DNA from: a virus
Lineage: Duplodnaviria; Caudoviricetes
Reading direction: 5' to 3' (one strand)
Length of the DNA: 60,503 bases
IMG/VR virus record: IMGVR_UViG_3300051212_001597
Span: 1 to 60,503 of that record
In this document: one piece after another, positions 6,964 through 15,704 of the stretch
How positions within the stretch are numbered: position 1 is the first letter of the stretch
Layout of the letters: each line of letters opens with the position of its first letter
Translations under genes and position numbers: made by a program
The notes under the pieces: model-generated
Told to the model about the DNA's origin: nothing
The model's database searches: none
What the model saw: the letters and a program-made list of their open reading frames with translations, nothing else

Positions 6964-7653
6964 TCAAATAGCCGAAGGCCGATTATCGGGTGGACCCTTA
7001 GGATCGTCAAAGTCCACGGAGTCATTAACCCCTTCGGCCTTTTCTATTTTATAGTAATAACTAGAATCTTCTCCCGATATAACCCATCTGTCGCTGACGC
7101 TTTCTGTTTTATATACTTTTGTATCAACCTTGTAATCTGGCTTTTCTGGAAAAGGCTTTGTCGTGAAAGACATGTCTCTCCAGAATATTCTATTATTTGG
7201 TTGTAATGTATAGCAACCGTTGTCTAGCTCAATCATATGCAAGCACTTGTACTGTGTAGGCTCATCTGAAAAAGAGTTTCTATACCAATCGAAAGTCATC
7301 ATATAAGAACCCCAGTGTTCAGACCCGTCTTTAAACACGATCTTACATCTCATCTCCGAAAGATATTCGTATTCAATGACTGTCACATTTTCGCTGTAGC
7401 AGTCCCAAAGTTGAAGGAAATCCAACGGCATTTCATCTGCGTCATCACAAGAAGCTAGCATGTGAATAGGAACCCTGCTGCGAAGAGTTCCATTGTCCAA
7501 CATAACATTAAAAAGAAGCGCTCTTCCAGCATTTGATTGTGCTGAAAAAACACAAACTTTCTCAAACCCATCTATTGATTCGTCTCCTCCGTACAGATGG
7601 CGCTTTCTAAGCAGGCAATAGAAGTGCGGAATGTTTACATTTAACTTAGGCAC
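6964..7653 (-). CDS. Conserved hypothetical phage protein
   Basis: LNVNIP...LQLWDC...YKCLHMIELDNGCYTLQPNNRIFW pattern. GTG start at 7653 chosen because it lies 7 nt after GTGTATT. Confidence 0.75.
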   Translation of the reverse strand: MPKLNVNIPHFYCLLRKRHLYGGDESIDGFEKVCVFSAQSNAGRALLFNVMLDNGTLRSRVPIHMLASCDDADEMPLDFLQLWDCYSENVTVIEYEYLSEMRCKIVFKDGSEHWGSYMMTFDWYRNSFSDEPTQYKCLHMIELDNGCYTLQPNNRIFWRDMSFTTKPFPEKPDYKVDTKVYKTESVSDRWVISGEDSSYYYKIEKAEGVNDSVDFDDPKGPPDNRPSAI

Positions 7654-7657
7654 AAAA

Positions 7658-8194
7658 ATGAATACACCTAAAGAAACTAGAAATATCATAAATCATTACT
7701 GGTATTGGGAACATGAAGCAATTCGTGCTGATCTAGATACCAAAAGGCATAATTTTTCTGTGCTATGCTGCAACCTAGGGCAAGACTTTAATATAAGCAG
7801 CATCATCAGAAACACTGGCGCCTTTCTACCCAAAGAGGTTATTATTTGGGGTTCCAAGCAGTATGATAGGCGTGGCACTGTCGGAACTCATAAATATATC
7901 CATGTAAAGCATTTTAAAGAAGAGTCTCTAGAAGAAATGCTGAAATACTTTGCTGGCTCTAAAATAGTCGGAATAGATAATGTTTCTAGCGCAGTAAACA
8001 TAAAAAATTACGAATGGCCAAAAGAACATTTTGTGATGGCTTTCGGCCAAGAACAGATTGGCCTAGACCAAAATATTATAAACGCATGTTCTGATGTAGT
8101 TTATATTCCTCAAGTTGGTAGTGTGAGGAGTTTGAATGTAGCTTGCGCAAGCGCCATTACTATGTATGATTACTATGTAAAACTTGACAGTTAG
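7658..8194 (+). CDS. TrmH/SpoU-family (SPOUT) RNA methyltransferase
   Basis: NISSIIRN.GAF, FGQEQIGLD and IPQVGSVRSLNVACASAITMY SPOUT motifs. Confidence 0.9.
   Translation: MNTPKETRNIINHYWYWEHEAIRADLDTKRHNFSVLCCNLGQDFNISSIIRNTGAFLPKEVIIWGSKQYDRRGTVGTHKYIHVKHFKEESLEEMLKYFAGSKIVGIDNVSSAVNIKNYEWPKEHFVMAFGQEQIGLDQNIINACSDVVYIPQVGSVRSLNVACASAITMYDYYVKLDS
7661..7667 (-). promoter_or_regulatory. GTGTAT(A/T) putative phage promoter motif
   Basis: GTGTATT on the minus strand, 7 nt before GTG 7653. Confidence 0.5.
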
Positions 8195-8201
8195 GTGTAT
8201 A
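8195..8201 (+). promoter_or_regulatory. GTGTAT(A/T) putative phage promoter motif
   Basis: Intergenic GTGTATA 7 nt before ATG 8209. Confidence 0.55.
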
Positions 8202-8208
8202 CAATATC

Positions 8209-8637
8209 ATGTATAGGATCAGAGTCTTTAATCAAGACGGAACTCTTGGAGGATTTTATTCAGAAAAAGGAATAGTTTCTAGTCCAGACTTGGCTAAGAC
8301 ATATTCCACTGACTCAGAATATCAAAAAGACTTAACTGCGGCCTTTTTCGCTAGCGGTGGATTAAAGTTCCCAAAAGTTAATTACGGAGTTTCTTCTGTG
8401 CCACTAGCCGACGCAGAAAAAACTAGATATGACAGTTTTGTTTCATCTATTGCTTCTCCAAAAACTATATCATACGATATAAACAGGCAAAACTCCTACC
8501 TTCCCCCTTTTGAAGACAAACCTTCTAGATCGCAGCTAGACGAGCCTATTTTCGTTCCTTCAATAGCCGATATTGATATAAATGGCGGCGATCTATCTCA
8601 AGACCAGGATCTAGATATTGACGGCGGTGGTGCGTAG
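8209..8637 (+). CDS. Hypothetical protein preceding the tail fibre
   Basis: C-terminal IDINGG/IDGGGA motifs, often seen beside fibre genes. Confidence 0.6.
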   Translation: MYRIRVFNQDGTLGGFYSEKGIVSSPDLAKTYSTDSEYQKDLTAAFFASGGLKFPKVNYGVSSVPLADAEKTRYDSFVSSIASPKTISYDINRQNSYLPPFEDKPSRSQLDEPIFVPSIADIDINGGDLSQDQDLDIDGGGA

Positions 8638-10802
8638 TGTCAATATATAAGATAAGAGCTAGAAGAGACTTGGCCGCGACCTGGACTTCTAAAAATCCAG
8701 TTCTAGGCCTTGGCGAAATAGGTTTCGAAACTGATACAAGAAAACTAAAGATCGGTGACGGCTCTTCTTCTTGGACAGTGCTTGATTATGTTGCTTATGA
8801 TGTTGGTGCTCATAACCAAGATATATCTACAGTTAACGGACTTCAGGCAGCTCTTAACGCTAAAGCTAATTCATCGCACACACACTCAATCTCTGACGTT
8901 TCTAATCTTCAAAATACGATAAACAATCTTTCGCCATTAGTCCATAGCCACTACATATCTGATGTAACAAATCTTCAAGCATCCCTAGATAATAAGTCAG
9001 ATGTTGGACACGTGCATTCCATATCTGATGTTTCGGCTTTGCAAATAGCACTAGACTCAAAAGCAGATGTTGCACACACTCATGCATACACTCATATAGG
9101 CGCTCCAGGAATAGACAGAAGTGTTCTTTATAACTTCTCTGGTGGAATAGACTCTTCTTCTGGATTTCTTTACGACTACAACACAAGCCATCTAATAGTT
9201 TCTGGAATAATAGAGGCTAGCGGTTCAGTTGTGGCCCCGCATTTTCAAGGTGGTCTTTTAGGGGCTGTTCAGTGTCCAGTCAAAAACACAAGCGGTGGAG
9301 CTATAGGAAAAGGCGTTCCAGTTTACATAACTGGAACTGTAGGCGCAACAACAACCCTAGAAATAGCAATAGCTAGGGCTGATGATCCTACAAAAATGCC
9401 AGCTCTAGGTCTTTTGGAAGCAGAACTTTCCGCAAATGCCACAGGACACGCCACTATACTTGGAACCCTTTCAAATTTAGACACTTCAGTATTTTCCGTT
9501 GGCAACACGGTCTATGTTGGTCCTACTGGCGGCTTAGTAAACACTAGACCAACTGGCGTAAGCATACTAGTACAAAATATTGGCAGGGTCGGAAGAGTAA
9601 ACTCAAACAACGGTGAAATAATAGTAACAGGACCAGGAAGAACCAACGATGTTCCTAACAATATTACGCTAGACAGTCTTTCAGATGTAACATCTAGCGG
9701 GGCGGCTAGCGGCCAAGTCTTACTGTATAACGGTTCTTACTGGTCTTATGGAAATGTGTCTTCTTCAGGACCCGGTGGTTCTGACACTCAGGTACAGTTC
9801 AATGACGGTGGCAATCTAGGCGGTGACTCTGGTCTTACATACAATAAGACAACAGACTCTCTTACTATAACTGGAGATCTTGCAGTAAATGGCGGTGACA
9901 TTACGACCACAAGTGCCACAGGATCTTTATATAATAATACAGCAACAACAATCAATATTGGTACACAGGCAGCAATTACTACAAATATAGGTAAAAATGA
10001 AAGTGGATCGTCGGTAAGTCTTTTTGGTGGAAATATCCAATTTTTAAAAGTGGATACTGGTTCAGCGGTTCATTCCTATATTTTTGATGGTTCTTCTGAT
10101 GGAATGTGGATACAATCTAATGCTCTTGGCGGTCCTATAGAAATAGGTGATCCAGAAGGATTTAGTAACACCACAAGAATAATTGTAACACCAGATTTCG
10201 ACGCTATTCAGTTTTATTTTGCTGGGGGTGCTTACACATTCCCAAATGCCGATGGTAGCAATGGACAAGTTCTAACAACAGACGGGGCTGGTCTTTTATC
10301 GTGGGCAACCGCAAGTGTTGGAACAAAAACATACTCAGTATTCACTCCATTAGACAACCAACCACCAGCGTCCAACTACGCTACAGTTGATACTCGTAAC
10401 TCAATAATGGTTCTTGAGTTTGATGCTGCTACCGACGAATCTGCTGTATTTGTTGGTGTTATTCCAGAAGCAGCCTCTCTTGGTAGTGGACTCAAAGTTA
10501 GAATACACTGGATGGCAGATACTGCAACATCTGGAACTTGTAGATGGGGAGTTCAGATTGAAAGAATGAACACTGATGAAGATTCAGATTCGTTTGATAC
10601 TGCTACTACTGCTGGATCTACAACTAATGGTACTTCTGGTATTATAACAACAACAGAAATTACAATTACTACAATAGACTCTGTTGCTGCTGGTGAACCA
10701 TTCAGACTCAAAGTATACCGTGATGCTGACGGAACTTCGGGAACCGACGACATGACGGGTGATGCTCAACTCGTTGCCGTTGAGGTAAGGAGTGCGTCGT
10801 AA
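8637..10802 (+). CDS. Tail fibre / receptor-binding protein
   Basis: Mtd/hyaluronidase-like N-terminus RRDLAATWTSKNPVLGLGEIGFETDTRKLKIGDG; HxHxISDV repeats; GSDTQVQFND and FPNADGSNGQVLTTDGAG fibre motifs. Confidence 0.85.
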   Translation: MSIYKIRARRDLAATWTSKNPVLGLGEIGFETDTRKLKIGDGSSSWTVLDYVAYDVGAHNQDISTVNGLQAALNAKANSSHTHSISDVSNLQNTINNLSPLVHSHYISDVTNLQASLDNKSDVGHVHSISDVSALQIALDSKADVAHTHAYTHIGAPGIDRSVLYNFSGGIDSSSGFLYDYNTSHLIVSGIIEASGSVVAPHFQGGLLGAVQCPVKNTSGGAIGKGVPVYITGTVGATTTLEIAIARADDPTKMPALGLLEAELSANATGHATILGTLSNLDTSVFSVGNTVYVGPTGGLVNTRPTGVSILVQNIGRVGRVNSNNGEIIVTGPGRTNDVPNNITLDSLSDVTSSGAASGQVLLYNGSYWSYGNVSSSGPGGSDTQVQFNDGGNLGGDSGLTYNKTTDSLTITGDLAVNGGDITTTSATGSLYNNTATTINIGTQAAITTNIGKNESGSSVSLFGGNIQFLKVDTGSAVHSYIFDGSSDGMWIQSNALGGPIEIGDPEGFSNTTRIIVTPDFDAIQFYFAGGAYTFPNADGSNGQVLTTDGAGLLSWATASVGTKTYSVFTPLDNQPPASNYATVDTRNSIMVLEFDAATDESAVFVGVIPEAASLGSGLKVRIHWMADTATSGTCRWGVQIERMNTDEDSDSFDTATTAGSTTNGTSGIITTTEITITTIDSVAAGEPFRLKVYRDADGTSGTDDMTGDAQLVAVEVRSAS
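8811..9083 (+). repeat. Four 22-aa tail-fibre repeats (HxHxISDVxxLQxxLxxK)
   Basis: HNQDISTVNGLQ / HTHSISDVSNLQ / HSHYISDVTNLQ / HVHSISDVSALQ. Confidence 0.85.
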
Positions 10803-11464
10803 TGGCGTATGAATTTTTCAATTCTAGTGGACTGAATCAGACAGACTACATTCAAGGAACGGCATCCTTATTTACTTATCCATTCACAATAAATTTTTGG
10901 TTTTATCCGACATGGACAACCGGTGGAACTTTACAGATGTTTGTTTTACACAATACTACAGACAGTCAAAGACATATTATACAAATAAACACAAGTACCA
11001 CTAGACTTGCATATAACGCATTTACGACAGCAAATGCTGTTGCAGCGACAACTGATGGTTACACCCCAAACGCATGGAATATGGCAACCGCTGTAGGCAC
11101 ATCATCAACAAGTAGAACCATCTATGTGAATGGCGGTGGTGCTGGCAGCAACAACATCGCAAGGGCAATAACAACTCCAACTAAATGGTTAGTTGCTGCT
11201 AATTACAATACAAGCAATTCACCTCCAGAATCACCCATTTATGATGGTAGAATCTGTGAAATTGGAATATGGAATGTTGCATTGGGAGCAGCAGATATCG
11301 CATCCCTTTATAAGGGAACAAAATCACCGTCGATAAAACCTCAAAATCTCAAAGTTTATGTTCCTCTGATAAGAGACATTAAGGACGAGCGTGAGGCGAC
11401 AACTGCTATATCTAGCACCATTTCTGACACCACAATAGTAGAACATGTAAGGAGATATGGATGA
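10802..11464 (+). CDS. LamG/concanavalin-A-like lectin domain protein
   Basis: FTINFWFYP...WNMATAV...IYVNG...YDGRICEIGIWNVAL...IASLY. Confidence 0.8.
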   Translation: MAYEFFNSSGLNQTDYIQGTASLFTYPFTINFWFYPTWTTGGTLQMFVLHNTTDSQRHIIQINTSTTRLAYNAFTTANAVAATTDGYTPNAWNMATAVGTSSTSRTIYVNGGGAGSNNIARAITTPTKWLVAANYNTSNSPPESPIYDGRICEIGIWNVALGAADIASLYKGTKSPSIKPQNLKVYVPLIRDIKDEREATTAISSTISDTTIVEHVRRYG

Positions 11465-11922
11465 GTGTTTATGCACATGTTTACAACAACGAAATAATTG
11501 AGTTCAAAGAAATAGATGACGCTCTGTATCAGTCATGGGTTTCTTCGGACAATCCAAAGAAAGACACATACAGAATTGTTCTATATGCAAATCAACCTAA
11601 TGTTTCTTCAACAGAAACGGTAGATGAATCTTTTACGATTAATATAGATTCTGTTCAACAGGTTTGGACTGTGCGAAACAAGACAGCTGATGAACTCAGA
11701 AAGACATGGACTGCCTATGAGTTTCTTTTGAGGTTTACATCAGCAGAACGAACGGCGTATCGTGCTGCTGCTCAGACAGATGACTTAATCGCTGATTTTA
11801 TGTCGCTAGCCCAAGCAGCTCAAGAAATAATTTCAGACGATCCTACTACAATACAGGGGATGAATTATCTTGTATCTGTTGGTTTGTTGACTCAGCAAAG
11901 ACGAGATGAAATTTTGTCTTAA
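11461..11922 (+). CDS. Putative tail-fibre-associated protein
   Basis: FLLRFTSAER...DP.TIQGMNYLVSVGLLTQQRRDEIL; lies right after the fibre genes. Confidence 0.6.
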   Translation: MSVYAHVYNNEIIEFKEIDDALYQSWVSSDNPKKDTYRIVLYANQPNVSSTETVDESFTINIDSVQQVWTVRNKTADELRKTWTAYEFLLRFTSAERTAYRAAAQTDDLIADFMSLAQAAQEIISDDPTTIQGMNYLVSVGLLTQQRRDEILS

Positions 11923-12675
11923 ATGAAGCAAAAACTTTTTATATCAGACCTTCACATAGCATCCAACAAATGCAAAGCAAAACTCTTATCTGAATTTATT
12001 AAAAAAGATGAGAGTTCTTGTATTTACTTGGTAGGTGATATCATTGATATTTGGCGTTTCAATCAGGCATTCAAGATGGATATTGAAACACAGACCCATC
12101 ATGTAGATTGTATCCGTCGCTTACTCAAGAAATCAAAACATGGAGAAGTCCATTATATTTGGGGAAACCATGACGAGTTCATGCACCGTTTCTCTGAATC
12201 AAAATCTTTCGGTGGAGTTCATCTCCATGAAAGGTGTGATTATGTAGCATCAGATGGTCGCCGTTATCTTGTTCTTCATGGGCATCAATTTGATCTTGTT
12301 TGCAAATATAAGATTGGAACATTCTTATCAAAGATTGGTGATTTTGGTTATGAGTGGTTAATTGATATTAATGAATGGTATAACTGGGTACGCAGAAAGA
12401 TGGGGCTTCAATATTCTTCTCTTTCCAAATATGTGAAAGTAAAGTTTAAGAAGGCAACAATGTTCATTGGAAACTTTGAAAAGCACCTTTCAGAATACGC
12501 AGAGAAGCATGGATATGACGGAGTCATTTGCGGTCATATTCATGAACCAGCCGATAAGATGATTGGTAAGATTCATTATCTTAACTGCGGTTGTTGGACT
12601 GATGAGGCAAATCTCAACTATCTGATTGACAAAGGTGATGGAAGTGGCATAATTCTATGCAGACACGAAAGATAA
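11923..12675 (+). CDS. UDP-2,3-diacylglucosamine hydrolase-like metallophosphoesterase (LpxH-like)
   Basis: ISDLH, LVGDIID, GNHD, HGHQFD, CGHIH and YLNCGCW calcineurin-like motifs. Confidence 0.85.
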   Translation: MKQKLFISDLHIASNKCKAKLLSEFIKKDESSCIYLVGDIIDIWRFNQAFKMDIETQTHHVDCIRRLLKKSKHGEVHYIWGNHDEFMHRFSESKSFGGVHLHERCDYVASDGRRYLVLHGHQFDLVCKYKIGTFLSKIGDFGYEWLIDINEWYNWVRRKMGLQYSSLSKYVKVKFKKATMFIGNFEKHLSEYAEKHGYDGVICGHIHEPADKMIGKIHYLNCGCWTDEANLNYLIDKGDGSGIILCRHER

Positions 12676-12814
12676 ATTACTTTATTGAAGACTATGTTTT
12701 TATCCCCTAGTATATGTGTTGTTGTGTGTTGGAGCACTAGCAGCATTTGTATTTTTAAAGTGTGTGATTTTATTGAATTTTTACTAAATCTTGGAAAAAA
12801 GAAATAAAAATAAA

Positions 12815-13723
12815 ATGCCTATTAGAAATCTTGGATACGCCTGTCAAAATCTAACTATCAATGACAACAAAACTAAAAATGAAAAGGTGCTTACTGACAG
12901 GACTTGCCGTCTTGCTAACTTTAATCTTGATGTCGCTAGCGAGCTGATAAAAAGAAACACAAAAGATCTAATTTCTATTATGAAATGGAACTCTGAAAAC
13001 AACGTAAAGTTCTTCAGGGTGAGCAGCAATCTATTCCCTTTTTACGATCACTCAGAGATTGGATATAAAATCGAGCAACTCAAAGACAAGGAAGAGATAA
13101 TTGAAAATATGATGTTGGCTGGTGCATTAGCAAAAACCTACGGCATCAGATTATCCTGCCACCCTGGGCCTTACACATGTCTAGCATCAAAAGATCCTGA
13201 TGTCTGTATCAAAAGCATAAAGTCTGTCGAGATGCACTACGAGATAGGACAAATGCTAGGAGCTGAAAATTTCTGCATAAATTTTCACATAGGCGGCGCC
13301 TACCTAGACAAGACAGACACTGCAAAAAGATTCTGTAAAAACTTCATGTTACTAGACTCTAGCGTAAGAGATCAAGTGACGATAGAGAATGACGATAAAC
13401 CAGGAATGTGGTCGGTAACAGAGCTTTATGAAAAAATCTATTCGGAATGCGGCGTCAAACTTGTTCTTGACGTGCATCACCATAAATTTAGAAACGACGA
13501 ATCTATTGAGCAAGCTGCCAGTCTATGCTTTTCTACTTGGCAAAAAGAAACTCCTAAGATTCACTATTCTGAGTCTGCTGAAGGAAAAATGCCGCAAGCA
13601 CACTCGGATTTCATAGAATTTCGCATACCAAACGTAAGCGAAAGCGTATATTACGATGTGATGATTGAAGCAAAAGCAAAAGACAAAGCACTTATAAAGA
13701 ATAGAAGCACTTATGTATATTAA
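12815..13723 (+). CDS. uvsE: UV-damage endonuclease
   Basis: LGYAC, FFRVSSNLFP, RLSCHPG, IENDD, LDVHHH, PKIHYS, AHSD, MIEAKAKD. Confidence 0.92.
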   Translation: MPIRNLGYACQNLTINDNKTKNEKVLTDRTCRLANFNLDVASELIKRNTKDLISIMKWNSENNVKFFRVSSNLFPFYDHSEIGYKIEQLKDKEEIIENMMLAGALAKTYGIRLSCHPGPYTCLASKDPDVCIKSIKSVEMHYEIGQMLGAENFCINFHIGGAYLDKTDTAKRFCKNFMLLDSSVRDQVTIENDDKPGMWSVTELYEKIYSECGVKLVLDVHHHKFRNDESIEQAASLCFSTWQKETPKIHYSESAEGKMPQAHSDFIEFRIPNVSESVYYDVMIEAKAKDKALIKNRSTYVY

Positions 13724-13925
13724 TATTGAAATACCAAGAGCGTCAAACGCAGAATCTTTAAATAAAATAACAGCAGCTCTAAACACTGAGCCATTTTTGC
13801 ACGAAAGCATGTCTTGTGGTTACAACACGATAAACGTATCCTATCAGTGTTCTAAGAACGAATATCTTAAGATAAAGAACCACTGGAAGAATATAATTCC
13901 ACACTGCCTAGTTGTGGCCGTTTAA
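13713..13925 (+). CDS. Hypothetical protein
   Basis: Overlaps the uvsE stop and ends just before tRNA-Arg. Confidence 0.5.
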   Translation: MYINIEIPRASNAESLNKITAALNTEPFLHESMSCGYNTINVSYQCSKNEYLKIKNHWKNIIPHCLVVAV

Positions 13926-13931
13926 AAAATT

Positions 13932-14005
13932 ACTCCCGTAGCTCAGTTGGATAGAGCAACGGATTTCTAATCCGTTGGTCAGAGGTTCGAGTCCTCTCGG
14001 GAGTG
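13932..14005 (+). tRNA. tRNA-Arg(UCU)
   Basis: ACTCCCG/CGGGAGT, ACGGA-TTTCTAA-TCCGT, AGAGG-TTCGAGT-CCTCT. Confidence 0.95.
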
Positions 14006-14007
14006 TT

Positions 14008-14535
14008 ATGGCAAAGCCAGACTTTAAATCAATGAGCGATGATGACGCAAAGTCTTTCATTGCCAATCATATAAAAAAACGTTTTACTAAAAACGGGCCT
14101 ATAATCGGAAAGCTTCCAAGGGATCAAAGAGAAGACGCGATAAGTGAAGTTTTCATAGATCTATGGAATAACAGATTCAACTATGACCCATCAAAGGCTG
14201 ATTTTACAACCTATGCCTACAACAGGGGTCGAGGTGTTGTTAAATCTATGCTTCAAAACTATATAAAGATATCTAGAGTAAGGGATAGGATTTCTTCTCA
14301 GAAAAGAAAACCATTCTATGAATCTGAGTCTAATATAGAAGCTATAGAGTCGTTTAATATCCTAGTCTCAATCCTAACAAAGGAGGAGTTTGAGATTCTT
14401 AAAATGAGATTTATAGATTCAATTGATGTGGTTGATATCTCTAAAAAATTGAATTTAAACCCTCAAAAGATATACTCTATGATAAGAGAGGCTAAAATGA
14501 AGTGTATAGAAAACAAATGGAATATAAATATATAG
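14008..14535 (+). CDS. Sigma-70 family factor
   Basis: EDAISEVFIDLW...YDPSKADFTTYAY (region 2); LTKEEFEILKMRF...DISKKLN (region 4). Start moved to ATG 14008 because 13975 lies inside the tRNA. Confidence 0.85.
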   Translation: MAKPDFKSMSDDDAKSFIANHIKKRFTKNGPIIGKLPRDQREDAISEVFIDLWNNRFNYDPSKADFTTYAYNRGRGVVKSMLQNYIKISRVRDRISSQKRKPFYESESNIEAIESFNILVSILTKEEFEILKMRFIDSIDVVDISKKLNLNPQKIYSMIREAKMKCIENKWNINI

Positions 14536-14921
14536 CTAGAACAAGACTAAATAAAGACTACAAGCAGATCATGTCTGCTTTTAGTGCCATATGTACACAG
14601 CTAGAATTTGGCGATGTTTCAAATAAAGAAAAGATTCCTCTTTTTGCTTCGTATTACACTCTCGTGTTTTTAAAGGCTGGCGATATTCCACCAATAGTCT
14701 ACGCTATAGACGCCTACCTAGCTAAAAATCCAGAATTTGCTCTAGACGAAAACGATCTAGATCTAGCTGCTGAGATAATAACAGAAAATCACATACACGA
14801 ACTTAAAACAGAGGGTTTAATAACGATTAAACAAGCAAGCTCTGGCGTATACGAAATTTTCCTCACAGAAAAAGGCAAATCCGACTCTAAAGCTCAAGGC
14901 AAAGATATCAGGCTTATATGA
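14517..14921 (+). CDS. Hypothetical protein, possible winged-helix C-terminus
   Basis: LKTEGLI...IFLTEKG; ATG 14517 lies 8 nt after GTGTATA. Confidence 0.55.
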   Translation: MEYKYIARTRLNKDYKQIMSAFSAICTQLEFGDVSNKEKIPLFASYYTLVFLKAGDIPPIVYAIDAYLAKNPEFALDENDLDLAAEIITENHIHELKTEGLITIKQASSGVYEIFLTEKGKSDSKAQGKDIRLI

Positions 14922-15319
14922 AATCATCCATCCTTTCATCCTTCTTCTTTCTACAACTAGTAGAGAACTTTAAGAAATCCAATGTTAAACTAGCGAGACA
15001 ACCAAAGGTAGATGTTATTGACGGATCTGAACTAAATGCTATAATGAAAGTTTTTTCTCCTGTTTATACGATAATGGAGACTCAGGCGTATGGGCTTCCG
15101 ATTTGCGAAGAAGATCTTGACACTAGCGCAGCTTTGGTTTCGGCTTTCTCTTGGCACTACTGCCTAGGGATAACCGATCCTTACATTATCACACAGATTA
15201 TGTGGGAGGCCTATAGCAACGGAGATCTTTCTTTGTACAGCAAGCACTATAAAAAGATTTCAAATACAACAAGCATAATCCTCTCTGAAATGAGAGCAAA
15301 ATGCGGCAAGAATGCATAA
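14918..15319 (+). CDS. Hypothetical protein
   Basis: ATGA overlap, operonic position. Confidence 0.55.
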   Translation: MKSSILSSFFFLQLVENFKKSNVKLARQPKVDVIDGSELNAIMKVFSPVYTIMETQAYGLPICEEDLDTSAALVSAFSWHYCLGITDPYIITQIMWEAYSNGDLSLYSKHYKKISNTTSIILSEMRAKCGKNA

Positions 15320-15704
15320 GACAAATGTAAAAGGAAAATCTTCAGAAGTATTGTTTGAGCTTATGTGCGTGAACATGGGTTTCCATTGCTGTAAGCCTAT
15401 ATTTGATTTCATGAAGTATGACTACATAACAGACTTTGGGGAAGGTTTTAAAAAAGTACAAATAAAAAGTTTTTATTTAGACGAGAAAATCGGAGAATAT
15501 AGATGCGACCTGCGTAGAAATAACAAGAAGCGCGGTAGCAAGATTAGGTATTTAGACGGCGACTTCGATATTTTGGCCGCTTGCGTATCACCAAATAAGT
15601 GGTTGGTCGTTCCCTGGGAAAGCATCAAGGAAAAAACAGAGATAAGACTTTCGGACAGGAGAGTACACGATGGGACAGCTAAGCTTATCACGTTTCAAAT
15701 ATAG
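15312..15704 (+). CDS. PD-(D/E)XK endonuclease
   Basis: KGKSSE...P...YDYITD...KVQIKS...FDILA pattern of the group-I-intron-associated PD-(D/E)XK family. Confidence 0.75.
   Translation: MHKTNVKGKSSEVLFELMCVNMGFHCCKPIFDFMKYDYITDFGEGFKKVQIKSFYLDEKIGEYRCDLRRNNKKRGSKIRYLDGDFDILAACVSPNKWLVVPWESIKEKTEIRLSDRRVHDGTAKLITFQI

Noticed and set aside
8637-10802. Diversity-generating retroelement target (Mtd-like N-terminus)
   Set aside because: No reverse transcriptase and no template/variable repeat pair were seen in the window.
12657-12787. Small membrane-protein gene broken at a T5 run (MQTRKINYFIEDYVF / YPLVYVLLCVGALAAFVFLK...)
   Set aside because: It needs a one-base frameshift, is very short and has no recognisable homology; it could be decay, a sequencing error or chance.
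13975-14007. N-terminal extension of the third sigma factor given in the ORF track
   Set aside because: It lies within tRNA-Arg; ATG 14008 is the plausible start.
15312-15704. Group I intron around the PD-(D/E)XK endonuclease
   Set aside because: The ORF overlaps its neighbours on both sides, leaving no room for an intron core, and no interrupted gene flanks it.
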